Shown: positions 1 through 10,638, counted from the first letter of the stretch. The stretch: DNA of 64,000 nucleotides from Gammaproteobacteria bacterium HGW-Gammaproteobacteria-2 (GCA_002840015.1 PGZE01000005.1:408-64407), one strand, 5' to 3'. The notes: generated from the sequence alone by a model not told the origin. Program-made: numbers and translations.

Positions 1-1
1 C

Positions 2-2560
2 ACCCCACTCATGCGCCAGTTCTTCGCTGCCAAGGCGGAGTACCCGGATGTGCTGCTGTTCTTCCGCATGGGCGATTTCTACGAGTTGTTCTACGACGAC
101 GCGCGCAAAGCCGCCGCTCTGCTCGACATCACCCTGACCCAGCGCGGCGCCTCGGCCGGCGAGCCGATCCCGATGGCGGGGGTGCCGGTACATGCCTATG
201 AAGGCTATCTGGCGCGGCTAATCCAGATGGGCGAGTCCGTAGCGATCTGCGAACAGATCGGCGACCCGGCGCAGAGCAAGGGCCTGGTTGAGCGCAAAGT
301 GGTGCGCGTGGTCACCCCCGGCACAGTGACCGACGAAGCGTTGCTGCACGAACGCCGCGACACCGTATTGATGGCACTGGCGCGTGGCCGTGGCGAGGAT
401 GGCAAGCCGGCGTTCGGCCTGGCCTGGGCCGACCTGGCCGGCGGCCGGATGCGGGTCAACCAGGTCGCCGACGAAGACAGCCTGGCAGCGGAACTGGCGC
501 GGCTGGAACCGGCCGAGCTGCTGCTGCCCGACGAGGATGGCTGGCCGACGTGGCTGCACGAGCGCCGCGGCCTGCGCCGGCGCGGGCCTTGGCATTTTGA
601 TGCCGACAGCGGCCGCCGCCTGATCACCCGCTGCTTTGCCACCTTCGACCTGACCGGTTTTGGCATCGAAGACCAGCCGCTGATGATCGCCGCGGCTGGT
701 GCCCTGCTCGGCTATATCGAGGAAACCCAGAAGCAGCAATTGCCACATCTGAGTTCACTGGCGCTGGAGTCGAGCACCGAAACCATCACCATGAACGCGG
801 CAACGCGGCGCCATCTGGAACTGGACAGCCGCATCGATGGCCGCAGTGAGCACACCCTGCTCGGCATCCTCGACAGCTCCATCACCCCGATGGGCGGGCG
901 CCTGTTGCGGCGCTGGCTGCATCGCCCCTTGCGCGACCAGAATGTCCTGCGCCATCGCCATCAGGCGGTGCAGACCCTGATCGAGCGCGGCGCTGGCGAC
1001 ACGCTGCGCACCGCGTTTCGCGGCCTCGGCGATGTCGAGCGGATTCTGGCGCGGGTGGCGCTGCGCTCGGCACGGCCACGCGATCTGAGCACGCTGCGCG
1101 ATGCGCTGGCCGCGTTGCCCGGCCTGCGTACGCAACTGGTGGCACTGGATTCGCCCAGCCTGCAAACACTGGCCAACGCCATGGGCGAACACGACGCCAG
1201 CGCCACGCTGCTGGCAACCGCGATCATCGAACAGCCGCCGGCCTTGCTGCGCGACGGCGGGGTGATCGCCGAAGGTTACGATGCCGAGCTCGATGAGCTG
1301 CGCACGCTGTCTACCCGTGCCGATCAGTTTCTGCTTGATCTGGAAACGCGTGAACGCGCCGCCAGCGGTATCGCCAACCTCAAGGTCGGATACAACCGCG
1401 TCCACGGCTACTACATCGAAATCAGCAAGGGCCAGGCCGAACGCGCACCCACGCACTACACCCGCCGGCAAACCCTGACCAATGCCGAGCGCTACATCAC
1501 CGAAGAGCTCAAGCAGTTCGAGGACAAAGTGCTGTCGGCGCGCGAACGCTCGCTGCTGCGCGAGCGTCAGCTCTGGGAAGACCTGCTCGATGCACTCAAC
1601 ACGCAGTTGCACACACTCAAGCAATGCGCCAGCGCGCTGGCGGAAATCGACGTGCTGTGCGCCTTTGCCGAACGCGCGCAAACACTGGACTGGGCGCAGC
1701 CGGAGCTACGCACCGAACCGGGCCTTTTCATCGAGCGCGGCCGCCACCCGGTGGTGGAAGCGGTACGCAGTGAGCCATTCGAGCCCAACGACCTGCGGCT
1801 CGATGCGCACACCCGTATGCTGGTGATCACCGGCCCGAACATGGGCGGCAAGAGCACCTACATGCGCCAGAACGCGCTGATCGTGCTGCTCGCGCACATC
1901 GGCAGTTTCGTGCCGGCCACGCGCGCGCAAATCGGCCCGATCGACCGCATCCTCACCCGCATCGGCGCCGGCGATGATCTGGCCCGCGGGCAATCCACGT
2001 TCATGGTGGAAATGGCCGAAACCAGCTACATCCTGCACCATGCCAGCCAGCACTCGCTGGTGCTGATGGACGAGATCGGTCGCGGCACCTCCACTTACGA
2101 TGGCCTATCGCTGGCCAAAGCCTGTGCCCTGCACCTAGCCAACATCAACCGCGCCTACACCCTGTTTGCCACCCACTATTTCGAACTGACCGCACTCGCC
2201 GATGGTGGCCATGGCATTGCCAATGTACATCTGGATGCCATTGAGCACGCCGACCGGCTGGTGTTCATGCATGCACTCAAGCCCGGCCCGGCCAACCGCA
2301 GTTTCGGCTTGCAGGTGGCAGCACTGGCCGGCCTGCCGCGCAGCGTGATCGCGCAGGCACAACACACCCTGCACGAACTCGAAGGCCAGCGCAGCGCATC
2401 CGCCACCGAAGTCAGCCGCGAAGCGCTGGATTCACCGTTGCAGATGGGGCTGTTTCACACCCCGGCACCGGCACTGGCGGCGCTGGACGCCATCGAACCC
2501 GACGAGTTGACGCCCAAACAGGCGCTGGAAGCCTTGTACCGGCTCAAGGCGATGTTGTAG
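2..2560 (+). CDS. mutS: DNA mismatch repair protein MutS, 5-prime end truncated by the window edge
   Basis: ORF 11..2560 is open back to position 2. Collinear with E. coli MutS: [11 protein letters not shown], Walker [29 protein letters not shown]. Confidence 0.97.
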   Translation, partial: TPLMRQFFAAKAEYPDVLLFFRMGDFYELFYDDARKAAALLDITLTQRGASAGEPIPMAGVPVHAYEGYLARLIQMGESVAICEQIGDPAQSKGLVERKVVRVVTPGTVTDEALLHERRDTVLMALARGRGEDGKPAFGLAWADLAGGRMRVNQVADEDSLAAELARLEPAELLLPDEDGWPTWLHERRGLRRRGPWHFDADSGRRLITRCFATFDLTGFGIEDQPLMIAAAGALLGYIEETQKQQLPHLSSLALESSTETITMNAATRRHLELDSRIDGRSEHTLLGILDSSITPMGGRLLRRWLHRPLRDQNVLRHRHQAVQTLIERGAGDTLRTAFRGLGDVERILARVALRSARPRDLSTLRDALAALPGLRTQLVALDSPSLQTLANAMGEHDASATLLATAIIEQPPALLRDGGVIAEGYDAELDELRTLSTRADQFLLDLETRERAASGIANLKVGYNRVHGYYIEISKGQAERAPTHYTRRQTLTNAERYITEELKQFEDKVLSARERSLLRERQLWEDLLDALNTQLHTLKQCASALAEIDVLCAFAERAQTLDWAQPELRTEPGLFIERGRHPVVEAVRSEPFEPNDLRLDAHTRMLVITGPNMGGKSTYMRQNALIVLLAHIGSFVPATRAQIGPIDRILTRIGAGDDLARGQSTFMVEMAETSYILHHASQHSLVLMDEIGRGTSTYDGLSLAKACALHLANINRAYTLFATHYFELTALADGGHGIANVHLDAIEHADRLVFMHALKPGPANRSFGLQVAALAGLPRSVIAQAQHTLHELEGQRSASATEVSREALDSPLQMGLFHTPAPALAALDAIEPDELTPKQALEALYRLKAML

Positions 2561-3161
2561 CCAGTTGCAAATAGCGCTGGTGCAACGCGCTCACCTGCAC
2601 ATCGAGTGCGGCCAGGCTGCCACTGTTGTCGATCACGTCATCGGCCAATGCCAGACGCTGGCTGCGCGTCGCCTGTGCTGCCAGCATCTGCTGCGCCAGC
2701 GCTGCCGATATCGCATCGCGCGCCTGCAAACGTGCCAGTTGCATGGCTTCAGGCAGATCCACCACCACGATCCGTTGCAACCACGGATACGCCGCGCGGC
2801 CACCCACTTCGGTCAGCAGCGGAATTGCCACCATCGCGTACGCCGCGCTCGCCTGCCGGCACTCGCGCTCAAGCTGCTCGCGGATGCGTGGATGCAGGAT
2901 CGCTTCCAGATCGCGGCGTGCCTGTGCATCGCTGAACACGCGCTCGCGCAGCGCACCGCGATCGAGCCGGCCATCATCAGCGCACACCGCCGGCCCGAAG
3001 CGGGCCACGATCTCGGCCAGCGCCGGCATCCCCGGCGCCACCAGTTGCCGCGCCGCGACATCGGCATCGGCCACCGCCACGCCCAACGCCGCGAAGCGCT
3101 CGCATACCGCGCTCTTGCCCGATGCAATACCACCAGTGATTGCCACGATGAAGTTCGCCAT
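2544..3161 (-). CDS. coaE: dephospho-CoA kinase
   Basis: 205 aa. N-terminal P-loop [14 protein letters not shown] and typical CoaE length. 3-prime end overlaps the mutS end convergently. Confidence 0.92.
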   Translation of the reverse strand: MANFIVAITGGIASGKSAVCERFAALGVAVADADVAARQLVAPGMPALAEIVARFGPAVCADDGRLDRGALRERVFSDAQARRDLEAILHPRIREQLERECRQASAAYAMVAIPLLTEVGGRAAYPWLQRIVVVDLPEAMQLARLQARDAISAALAQQMLAAQATRSQRLALADDVIDNSGSLAALDVQVSALHQRYLQLATTSP

Positions 3162-3250
3162 TGCCGCAGACTAGCGCAGCGGCTGCATCGCGCCAAGGAT
3201 GTGAACACAGGTATTGCGCGAATAACCTTCCGATCCGCGCAGACCCGCCA

Positions 3251-4297
3251 TCACGGCTTTCCCTGCCGTATCGCCAACAGCGCATCAGCGTAGGCTTGCG
3301 CGGCCTCCATGGCTTGCGGCGATGTGGTTCGCCGCCAAAAATCGGCCACGGTTTCACCGGGTCGGCAATTGTTCGGCATGCAACGATGCACCAGTGCCAT
3401 GCTGGTAGGGCCGCAACCAGGACCAGCCAAACGACAAAACGCCAAGTCGGCACCGACACTGCGCCAGCCAATTTCGGGTGCCATGAAATTATCCGCATAG
3501 TTCGATGTCACACCGGGATACCAACCTTTCGCAAATAGGTCCTCGCTCAGCACTTCGGCGGCACGCCGAAACGCAGCCGGGCTTTGCGTGCGTTTCAAGA
3601 AATCGATCAGACGTTCCCGCGTTTCGCTGACACGCTGTAATAAATCGGCAGCGGATTGCTCGGATATGCTTTCGCCACTTTCGATACGATCCGCCACACT
3701 CTCGAGCTCGTCGCGCAGCGCCAACGCGTCGTGTACTTCGACGAGCCCCGCAGCCTCAATCATTGAAGCATCCAAGCTGGAAAAGGCGTCGTTCGCATTC
3801 GTATCTTGAAGAGCGACCCCTTGCGAACAAAACCGCGCGCGCAGGCCATCGAGCCACTCGGCTGACGCCAAGTCTTGAGACGTAGCACCACCACTTTTGG
3901 ACCGGGTCAGCATTTTTACGAACACCTTCATTGACGGCTCATTTCCGCCGTCCACCAAGCTGTATCCAACGTTGCAGAAGACTTCCGATAACGTGGACAG
4001 CTCAACCAAATCAGCAACTTGCTCGCCATTAACCACAGGCGCAAGTCGCTGCAACTCGTCGATAGTCCTTGCTGAATAAAGCGAGGCAAGCTTACCGCGC
4101 CGACTTTCAGACAGATCATGCGACTCGATTGCTGAAGCTATATCGACAGCAACACTATCGGATGATTCTTGGGTACCAGCCAACCTGGCCGATTGCGGGA
4201 TCACCCCATGAGCAGTGGGATGCCCATTTCGAATCGCCATCAAGATAGCAACCATCCCTGCGAGCGTTAACAAGGACAACCAAAATTTTTGCTTCAT
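3251..4297 (-). CDS. hypothetical exported or membrane-anchored protein (orphan, lower-GC)
   Basis: The ORF 3251..4354 has an internal ATG at 4297 giving MKQKFWLSLLTLAGMVAILMAI, a signal peptide or anchor. No recognisable domain. GC is lower than the flanks by eye. Confidence 0.6.
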   Translation of the reverse strand: MKQKFWLSLLTLAGMVAILMAIRNGHPTAHGVIPQSARLAGTQESSDSVAVDIASAIESHDLSESRRGKLASLYSARTIDELQRLAPVVNGEQVADLVELSTLSEVFCNVGYSLVDGGNEPSMKVFVKMLTRSKSGGATSQDLASAEWLDGLRARFCSQGVALQDTNANDAFSSLDASMIEAAGLVEVHDALALRDELESVADRIESGESISEQSAADLLQRVSETRERLIDFLKRTQSPAAFRRAAEVLSEDLFAKGWYPGVTSNYADNFMAPEIGWRSVGADLAFCRLAGPGCGPTSMALVHRCMPNNCRPGETVADFWRRTTSPQAMEAAQAYADALLAIRQGKP

Positions 4298-4332
4298 GTA
4301 TGAAACTCCAATACGCAGGTTCACCGGTCGGA

Positions 4333-4365
4333 CAATTTGGCCCGCGCACTGCACGGGCCAAATTG
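4333..4365. promoter_or_regulatory. perfect 12-bp inverted repeat (CAATTTGGCCCG, 9-nt spacer, CGGGCCAAATTG) 36 bp upstream of the 4297 start
   Basis: Read directly. It lies between the two orphan genes with no T-run after it, so operator or RNA hairpin rather than a clear terminator. Confidence 0.4.
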
Positions 4366-4510
4366 CAATCCATCTGCTGCAACTCGACGATCACGCGGTG
4401 CTGGAAGCGACCATCGATTGTTGGCTGACCTGAAAAGCGCGATGTGTCTGATACGTCGCGTTAGAGCACCTAAATCAAGATGATCCGACGCGCGCCCGAC
4501 GTACCTCGCT

Positions 4511-5278
4511 TCATCCGCAACTTCCAACAGGCCTGGCTCCAACAGAGCTGAACGCGTTGAAAATTTGCCATGTTTCACGTTGCCCATTACGGTAGATCAC
4601 CGTAAACGTCGGGCGCGCAAACGCTGCATTTGGCCCAAGCCCCAGCGTCAATGATGCACGCGCGTTGGCGAGCCTCAACACTGGCTCGCTCGAGCACGAT
4701 ATATCGTCGGACGCAGATCTGATTGAAGGCGTCGGCCGCCCAATCCCGGAGCGGCCACCGCCACCTATACGAAAAACCGAGAGCCGCAGAAAACCAACGC
4801 CGCCACTGGGACGAAAGCCGGTCACGATGGTGGCCGGCATCACCGGCGGATCGCCGCACAGCGAGGTAGTTCCAGTCTTGCTCGACCCTTGATGCGTATC
4901 GGTCGGTATTTCGCCGGCCTGCAGGTTGACCTGAGTACCGCCGCCACCGCCGCCGGTACCACCACCGCCACCGCTGAAAACCGATGCCGGTATGGATATA
5001 TCGCCCGCCTGCAGGGTCTCCGTCTCGGCAAATGCGGCGTATCCAGCCTGATCGAGCACCCACGCCTGTGCGCTTTCATCCCAATCGTAGATGCCGAAGT
5101 TTTGAGTTGCGGTGAGCGTGCTTGAACCCGGTTGCGCTGTGAGCGTGGGGTTGGTGCATGTTGCCGTAGCATGGAACGAGAGCGTTGCCAGCAAAGGCGC
5201 AATGGCCATTGCGAACGCCAGCGCGGCGTTACGTGGCGCGCGATTTAAGCGCGTATTGCGGGGGGGGGGGGGCAACAA
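4511..5278 (-). CDS. hypothetical secreted glycine-rich protein (orphan, lower-GC)
   Basis: 255-aa ORF with a TTG start. Arg-rich n-region plus AFAMAIAPLLATLSFHATA signal-like segment, and an internal GGGGGTGGGGGGT tract. No known domain recognised. The start is uncertain (alternative ATG at 5209). Confidence 0.55.
   Translation of the reverse strand: MLPPPPRNTRLNRAPRNAALAFAMAIAPLLATLSFHATATCTNPTLTAQPGSSTLTATQNFGIYDWDESAQAWVLDQAGYAAFAETETLQAGDISIPASVFSGGGGGTGGGGGGTQVNLQAGEIPTDTHQGSSKTGTTSLCGDPPVMPATIVTGFRPSGGVGFLRLSVFRIGGGGRSGIGRPTPSIRSASDDISCSSEPVLRLANARASLTLGLGPNAAFARPTFTVIYRNGQRETWQIFNAFSSVGARPVGSCG
5260..5272. repeat. homopolymeric G13 (C13 on the coding strand) at codons 3-7 of the 4511..5278 ORF
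   Basis: Counted directly: g at 5260, ten g at 5261-5270, gg at 5271-5272. Confidence 0.95.
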
Positions 5279-5340
5279 CTGGCGAACACGAACAATGGTT
5301 TATCACATCATTCTCCACGTCAGTCCGGGGATCGGACGAT

Positions 5341-5356
5341 AGTGACTTTAGTCACG
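5341..5356. promoter_or_regulatory. CRP/Clp-like box aGTGActttagTCACg
   Basis: Palindrome GTGA-N6-TCAC about 64 bp upstream of the 5278 start. Matches 8 of 10 positions of TGTGA-N6-TCACA. Confidence 0.4.
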
Positions 5357-5373
5357 GAACAATCCATTGTCAA

Positions 5374-5445
5374 CGGATCGCGGATGCAAGGGTCGCTTCC
5401 AGATCGCGGCGATGCCATGGCACGCCGAACACGCGCTCGCACACC
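5374..5445 (-). pseudogene. diverged fragment of a coaE-like gene
   Basis: Hand alignment of 5382..5440 to coaE 2890..2947 gives about 52 matches in about 60 columns, same orientation. Minus-strand translation RVFGVPWHRRDLEATLA versus Coa[18 protein letters not shown]. Confidence 0.55.
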
Positions 5446-5536
5446 CTGCAAAGCGCGATGACATTGCCGCACGGTGCGTCAACATCAGAACGAGGATGGG
5501 CGCTTGTGCGCGACCGACGCCAGTGCACCGAGGCGA

Positions 5537-6079
5537 TCAAAACAAGCTCACCCCCGGCACCAGGCACAACGACAACGCGGCGAGGCCGCTGGCGATCACG
5601 CTGGCGGCCAGCACATCGTTCGGGTAGTGCAGGCCGAGCACCACCCGCGACAGCGCCACGCTGAGGCAGAACGGTGCGAGCAACCAGACCAGCCCCGGGT
5701 AATACGCCAGCGCCACCAGCGTGAACGACACTGCATGCAGGGTGTGCCCGGACGGAAACGAGAACTCGTCCAGCGGTGCGATCAAGGCATGCACCCGTTG
5801 ATCGCGGGCGAATGGCCGTGGCCGTTTGGTCCAGCGCTTCAGGGTTTTGTACAAGGCCAATGCAATCGCGCCGGTGGCAGCCATATGCGCTGAAGCGAAC
5901 AGGCCACGATAGCCATCGAAGAGCACGATAAGCGCCATCAAGCCATACCAGAACACGCCATCGCCAAGCCGGCTGATGGTCGCAAAATAGGCACGCACCC
6001 AACGCCCGTGACCCCAGCGGTTGGCGGCGGCGGTCAGCGCACTATCGCGTGCCACCCAACGCTGCACGCGCGCGATCAT
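5537..6079 (-). CDS. PAP2 family phosphatase
   Basis: Motifs KRWTKRPRP, PSGH and SRVVLGLHYPND, with several TM segments. The start overlaps the upstream stop (ATGA). Confidence 0.85.
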   Translation of the reverse strand: MIARVQRWVARDSALTAAANRWGHGRWVRAYFATISRLGDGVFWYGLMALIVLFDGYRGLFASAHMAATGAIALALYKTLKRWTKRPRPFARDQRVHALIAPLDEFSFPSGHTLHAVSFTLVALAYYPGLVWLLAPFCLSVALSRVVLGLHYPNDVLAASVIASGLAALSLCLVPGVSLF

Positions 6080-7260
6080 GGCCGCCTCCTGTCAGGGGTG
6101 GCTGGCCATGCCGGCACTACCCGCGCCCGCCGCGCAATCAGTTCTCGCAGTACCTGCTCAAAGCGCGCGGACACCGTTTCCGGCGCCAGTTGCGCCACCG
6201 CCTCGCGCGCCGCACTGCCCATCCATCGACTCGACGCCAGGTCGCCCGCCAGCGCGACGGTGGCGGCGATGAAGGCATCGGCGTCGTTCACCGCGATCGC
6301 GGCGCCATGGGCACCGTCGCGCAGGTGTTCGCGCGCGGCACCGGTATCGAAAGCGACTGTCGCCAGACCCGAGGCCATCGCTTCCAGCGTCACATTGCCA
6401 AAGGTTTCGCTCAAACTTGGAAACACGAACAGATCGGCGCTGGCAAAATGTCGGGCCAGCGCCTCGCCGCGCTGCACCCCGCAGAACACGAAATCCGGAT
6501 GCGCTGCGGCCAAGGCGGCGCGATCCGGGCCATCGCCAACCCAGACCATACGCGCATGCGGTTGCGCGTGTTGCACCCGGCGAAATGCGCGCACCGCCAG
6601 CGACAGATTCTTTTCCGGCGCAATGCGGCCAACATGGATCAGCACCGGGGTGTCAGCATCGGCACCCCACAGCGCGCGCAAGCCAGGGCTGCGCCGTGCC
6701 GGGTGGAAGTGCGTGGTGTCCACCGCCCGCCGTAGCACGGTGACATCAGCAAATCCCTGCGCGCCGAGAAATTGTGCCAATTCGCGCGTCGGCACCAGCG
6801 TGGTTTCGGCGCGATTGTGGAAGCGCCGCAGCCAGGCGAACACCACGCCACGCAGGAACCCGAGGCCATAGCGCGCTGCATACTCGTCAAAGCGGGTGTG
6901 AAAACCGGTGCTCACCGGAATGCCCAGTTGCCGCGCCACCGTCAGCGCCGACGCGCCCAGCGGCCCTTCGGTGGCGATGTAAAGCGCATCGGGTCGCTGT
7001 TGTTGCCAGCGCGCACGCAAGCGACGGCCTGCCAGCAGACCCATGCGCAAACCGGGATAGCGCGGCAGCGGCACGCTCGGCAGCCGCAGTTGCTCGGCAC
7101 AATCAAGGGCCGCTTCATCGTTGCGCCGCGGCCGGATCAGCTCAACCAGATGGCCGCGTGTGCGCAGGCCGTGCTCCAGCGCCTGCACGGTCAGGGCGAC
7201 GCCGTTGACTTCCGGCGGGTAGGTTTCGCTGACGATGGCAACGCGCATCGGCTTGGTCAT
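6076..7260 (-). CDS. glycosyltransferase, GT4 (group 1) family
   Basis: [20 protein letters not shown]-terminus and the [15 protein letters not shown]-x7-E region. Start ambiguous (7284, 7260 or 7248). Confidence 0.85.
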   Translation of the reverse strand: MTKPMRVAIVSETYPPEVNGVALTVQALEHGLRTRGHLVELIRPRRNDEAALDCAEQLRLPSVPLPRYPGLRMGLLAGRRLRARWQQQRPDALYIATEGPLGASALTVARQLGIPVSTGFHTRFDEYAARYGLGFLRGVVFAWLRRFHNRAETTLVPTRELAQFLGAQGFADVTVLRRAVDTTHFHPARRSPGLRALWGADADTPVLIHVGRIAPEKNLSLAVRAFRRVQHAQPHARMVWVGDGPDRAALAAAHPDFVFCGVQRGEALARHFASADLFVFPSLSETFGNVTLEAMASGLATVAFDTGAAREHLRDGAHGAAIAVNDADAFIAATVALAGDLASSRWMGSAAREAVAQLAPETVSARFEQVLRELIARRARVVPAWPATPDRRRP

Positions 7261-7416
7261 GGCGCCAGTGTCGTCCGCGTCCATGCCAGCATTATGACAA
7301 AACAATTGCAGATTGATGACAACGCCTCTCGGCTGGGACCTGTTGCCAGCATTCACGCATCGTCACGCACCACCATGCGAGTCTGTTGCCACCCGCTGTT
7401 ACGCCGAGGCCCCCCC

Positions 7417-8349
7417 ATGAATGATCGCGACAATGATCTGAGCATCACCCCGGAGCCGGTCTACCGCGCCCGCCGGCTGCTGATGCAGGCCGGGTTGCTG
7501 CTACCCGCCACCGGCCTGCTGGCCTGCTCAGCGCCCAGTGATGCCGCCAGCGAACCGGCGGCAGTGCCTACGGGCGAAGACGAACTCACCCGCTATCAGG
7601 ATGTCACCAGCTACAACAATTTCTACGAGTTTGGCTCCGGCAAGGCCGACCCGGCGCGCAACGCCGGCAGCCTGCGCACCGAGCCGTGGACCATCACCGT
7701 CAGCGGTGAAGCCGGCAACACCGGACAGTTCAGCCTGGCGCAATTGCTCGACGGCCTGAGCCCGGAGCGGCGCGTCTACCGGTTGCGCTGCGTCGAAGGC
7801 TGGTCGATGGTGATTCCGTGGCTGGGGGTGCCATTGGCCAGCGTGCTGCAACGCTTTCAACCCACACCAAAGGCGCGGTTTGTGGCATTCCGCACGCTGG
7901 CCGACCGCGAACAAATGCCAAGCGTGCGCCGCGCCGTACTCGACTGGCCCTACCGCGAAGGCTTGCGGATGGATGAAGCGATGCACCCGCTCACCCTGCT
8001 CGCCACCGGGCTGTACGATAAACCGCTGCCCAACCAGAACGGCGCACCACTGCGGCTGGTGGTGCCGTGGAAATACGGCTTCAAAAGCATCAAGTCGATT
8101 GTCTCGATCCAGTTCACCACGGACATGCCGGAAACCAGCTGGAACCTGTCGCAACGCGATGAATACGGGTTCTACTCCAACGTCAATCCGGACGTGGATC
8201 ATCCCCGCTGGAGTCAGAAAACCGAGCGCCGCATTGCCGGTGACGGCCGCTCGCTGTTTGCACAGCGCATCCCCACCCTGCCGTTCAATGGCTATGGCGA
8301 CCAGGTGGCATCGTTGTACGCTGGCATGGACCTGCGCCAGTGGTTCTGA
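7417..8349 (+). CDS. msrP: protein-methionine-sulfoxide reductase catalytic subunit MsrP (YedY)
   Basis: Start at MNDRDND. Tat-like [18 protein letters not shown] and [10 protein letters not shown] motifs typical of YedY. The upstream part of ORF 6772..8349 is antisense to the GT gene. Confidence 0.92.
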   Translation: MNDRDNDLSITPEPVYRARRLLMQAGLLLPATGLLACSAPSDAASEPAAVPTGEDELTRYQDVTSYNNFYEFGSGKADPARNAGSLRTEPWTITVSGEAGNTGQFSLAQLLDGLSPERRVYRLRCVEGWSMVIPWLGVPLASVLQRFQPTPKARFVAFRTLADREQMPSVRRAVLDWPYREGLRMDEAMHPLTLLATGLYDKPLPNQNGAPLRLVVPWKYGFKSIKSIVSIQFTTDMPETSWNLSQRDEYGFYSNVNPDVDHPRWSQKTERRIAGDGRSLFAQRIPTLPFNGYGDQVASLYAGMDLRQWF

Positions 8350-9035
8350 AACCCGCCTTGCTGGCGCGGTTGCTGGCCCATGCCCTCGCGCTAACCCCGA
8401 TGCTGTGGCTGTTGCACGATGCTTGGTTTGGTCAACTCGGCGCCGACCCGGTTGCGGCATTGACCCACCGCAGCGGCGACTGGGCACTGCGCCTGCTGCT
8501 GCTCACACTGGCAGTGACCCCACTGCGCCGGTTCACCGGCTGGCGCTGGCCGTTAAGCTACCGACGGATGCTTGGCCTGCACACTTTCGCCTATGCCTGC
8601 CTGCATTTTTCGGTGTATCTGGTGCTCGATCTGGGCGGCTACTGGGCGCAGATACTCGACGACGTGGTGAAGCGCCCATTCATCACCGTCGGTTTTCTCG
8701 CCTGGCTGGGTCTGCTGCCGCTGGCGGCAACCTCCAACCGCGCCGCGATGCGCCAGCTGGGCCGGCGTTGGGGTCTGCTGCATCGGCTGGTGTACCCGAT
8801 TGCCGTGCTCGCGGTGCTGCATTTCATCTGGCAGGTGAAAGCCGACCTGCGCGAACCACTGATCTACGCTGCGGTATTGGCCGCGCTGCTGCTGGCGCGC
8901 TGGCGGTGGCGAGGGCCGGGTTGCGCCAACCCGGGGGGTTCCACTGCCGCCACCTCGTATCGCGTCGGGCAAGCCACACCGATAGCACAGCGTCGAAGGC
9001 GGAAAAATACTTTGCCACGCAATTCCACATCATGA
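8340..9035 (+). CDS. msrQ: protein-methionine-sulfoxide reductase heme-binding subunit MsrQ (YedZ)
   Basis: GTG start overlapping the msrP end. Polytopic ferric-reductase-like membrane protein with conserved His residues. Confidence 0.88.
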   Translation: MVLKPALLARLLAHALALTPMLWLLHDAWFGQLGADPVAALTHRSGDWALRLLLLTLAVTPLRRFTGWRWPLSYRRMLGLHTFAYACLHFSVYLVLDLGGYWAQILDDVVKRPFITVGFLAWLGLLPLAATSNRAAMRQLGRRWGLLHRLVYPIAVLAVLHFIWQVKADLREPLIYAAVLAALLLARWRWRGPGCANPGGSTAATSYRVGQATPIAQRRRRKNTLPRNSTS

Positions 9036-9113
9036 TCGCGCTCATGGCGGTGCCTTCTCGCGGCATCGCATCGTGGACATCGCGCCGACGGTCTTGGGAA
9101 CACAGCGTATCCG

Positions 9114-9779
9114 CTACGGGCCGCCATCACGCGCTGAAGGTGCCAGCAGCCGGCGCTCGCGGATTGGCGTCTGCATCGGCACGGTCGCTTGCGCAACAAT
9201 GCGCAGGCTATATACCGCGTGCCCGCTTACCGCCGAACGTACTGGATCGAGTGTACCAATCATGCGATCAATCACCGGGACGATCAATGGATAGCGGTAG
9301 GTCACACGGATTTTCAACAGATTGGCGTCCTGCACTGTCAGCCCACTGCGCGCGCCCACACGATCAGAGCGAAACGACAGACTATCGTTCGGGATCGCTT
9401 CCACACCATCGAACTGTTTCACTTTCCAGTCATCAAAGGCAGCTTGCGTTGGGCTGATGATCTCGATGCTGCCCGCGCCCGCACGAACGTCCAGTTGCGC
9501 CTTCAAAAACGCCTCGACCACTGCGCTGTTGCTGGCTTGGTGCGCGTACAGCGGCATCACCCCGCGCACAAGGCCGGCTCGCATGGCGTCCATGTCGGCG
9601 AACTGGATAGCACCACTGCGCGCCGCCTCCAACGCCGCATAATCAACCACTGCCTTGGCACGATAGAACAGCCCCATCTGGAATATCCCCAACAACAATG
9701 CGCCGAACACGGGAATGACCACAACCGTCTCGATCAAGCTCTGCCCGTGCTGTGTGCGTTGCGCGTAACGGGCCATCAT
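9114..9779 (-). CDS. TadE/TadF-like pseudopilin
   Basis: N-terminus QHGQSLIETVVVIPVFGALLL (G/xxxxE-type prepilin-like segment). Last gene of the Tad operon. Confidence 0.78.
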   Translation of the reverse strand: MMARYAQRTQHGQSLIETVVVIPVFGALLLGIFQMGLFYRAKAVVDYAALEAARSGAIQFADMDAMRAGLVRGVMPLYAHQASNSAVVEAFLKAQLDVRAGAGSIEIISPTQAAFDDWKVKQFDGVEAIPNDSLSFRSDRVGARSGLTVQDANLLKIRVTYRYPLIVPVIDRMIGTLDPVRSAVSGHAVYSLRIVAQATVPMQTPIRERRLLAPSARDGGP

Positions 9780-10279
9780 GGTGTTGCTCCGGGAGCGTCC
9801 AACGCCGCATCCGCGGGATCGCTTGCCGCAGGAAGGCCGTCGGGATGGCGAAGACCAGCAATTGCGTCCGCCATGAACTTGCTCCGCTCACGCAGCATAT
9901 CGTCGCCACGCACCGTTTGCTCGCTGCGCGAGAATGCTTCCTGTGCCTGTCGCAACAACATCACCCCCAGGTTATGCCAAGCCTTGGCGTGCAACGCATC
10001 GCGCTGCAGCACCTGCTGGTAGGCTGCGACCGCATCTTGCGGCTGATCGAGCCTTGCGTAAATATTGCCCAAGCGGAACCATATCGTGTTGTCATCGGGT
10101 ATCTCACCAAGCAAAACACGATAGCTGTTCAGAGCCTGCGTCATATTGCCCTGCGCATAGGCTGCCTCCGCTTGTTGCTGCAAAGCCAGTACCGCTCTCA
10201 CTTCCCTGTGCGGCGCTGTCGATACACAGCCAGCCAGAAAAGCCATCAACAATACCGCTTCACAGCATCTCGCCTTCAT
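9776..10279 (-). CDS. TPR-repeat lipoprotein, TadD-like
   Basis: MKARCCEAVLLMAFLAGC lipobox followed by TPR-like repeats. The start overlaps the DUF192 stop (ATGA). Confidence 0.7.
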   Translation of the reverse strand: MKARCCEAVLLMAFLAGCVSTAPHREVRAVLALQQQAEAAYAQGNMTQALNSYRVLLGEIPDDNTIWFRLGNIYARLDQPQDAVAAYQQVLQRDALHAKAWHNLGVMLLRQAQEAFSRSEQTVRGDDMLRERSKFMADAIAGLRHPDGLPAASDPADAALDAPGATP

Positions 10280-10638
10280 GCCCCACTCCTCGCCTGCCAC
10301 TCCCAGAGTTCCCCAATCTCGATGGCCAATGCGGCGACAGCACCGGGTGCGAACTCAACCGTGTGCCGCGCTGCGCGGCACCAGCGCATGCGCCAAGGGG
10401 ACACGTTTTCGCAGTAATCGAGTACGCGACCGCCACGGTCAAGAAAAACAATATCCAGTGGATAACGCATGCCAATGGTATGAACGTTGTTGCACGGCGC
10501 CAGCCAAAGCGCTTGCAGTGCGTTGGCTGCCAGTTGCGGACGCCCGAGCAGACCACGCATCCGGCTCCATGCGCTGTCAGCGCGCCAAACCTGCGGAATG
10601 ATTTCGCGTCCACTGCGAACAACGACGCCCACGTTCAC
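10276..10638 (-). CDS. DUF192 domain protein
   Basis: RMRGLLGR, the NNVHTIGMRYPLDIVFLD pattern and the length are typical of DUF192. Confidence 0.78.
   Translation of the reverse strand: MNVGVVVRSGREIIPQVWRADSAWSRMRGLLGRPQLAANALQALWLAPCNNVHTIGMRYPLDIVFLDRGGRVLDYCENVSPWRMRWCRAARHTVEFAPGAVAALAIEIGELWEWQARSGA

Noticed and set aside
4915-4975. GGN-rich stretch encoding GGGGGTGGGGGGT as a slippage-prone microsatellite
   Set aside because: The codons are mixed (ggt/ggc/ggg/acc), so there is no perfect nucleotide repeat. The G13 tract at 5260..5272 is the credible slippage site.
6772-7416. N-terminal 215-aa extension of the msrP ORF (6772..8349)
   Set aside because: The extension is antisense to the glycosyltransferase gene and has shadow-ORF composition. 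MsrP homology and the Tat signal begin at the ATG at 7417.
7880-9457. Long off-frame or antisense ORFs: 7880..9457, 7528..8487, 51818..53260, 53892..55226, 57394..58752, 12662..13807, 44819..45910, 29256..30341 and similar
   Set aside because: Each overlaps a gene with strong motif support in another frame or strand. Their products are low-complexity and R/A/P/G-rich with no motifs, as expected from stop-codon depletion in high-GC DNA.
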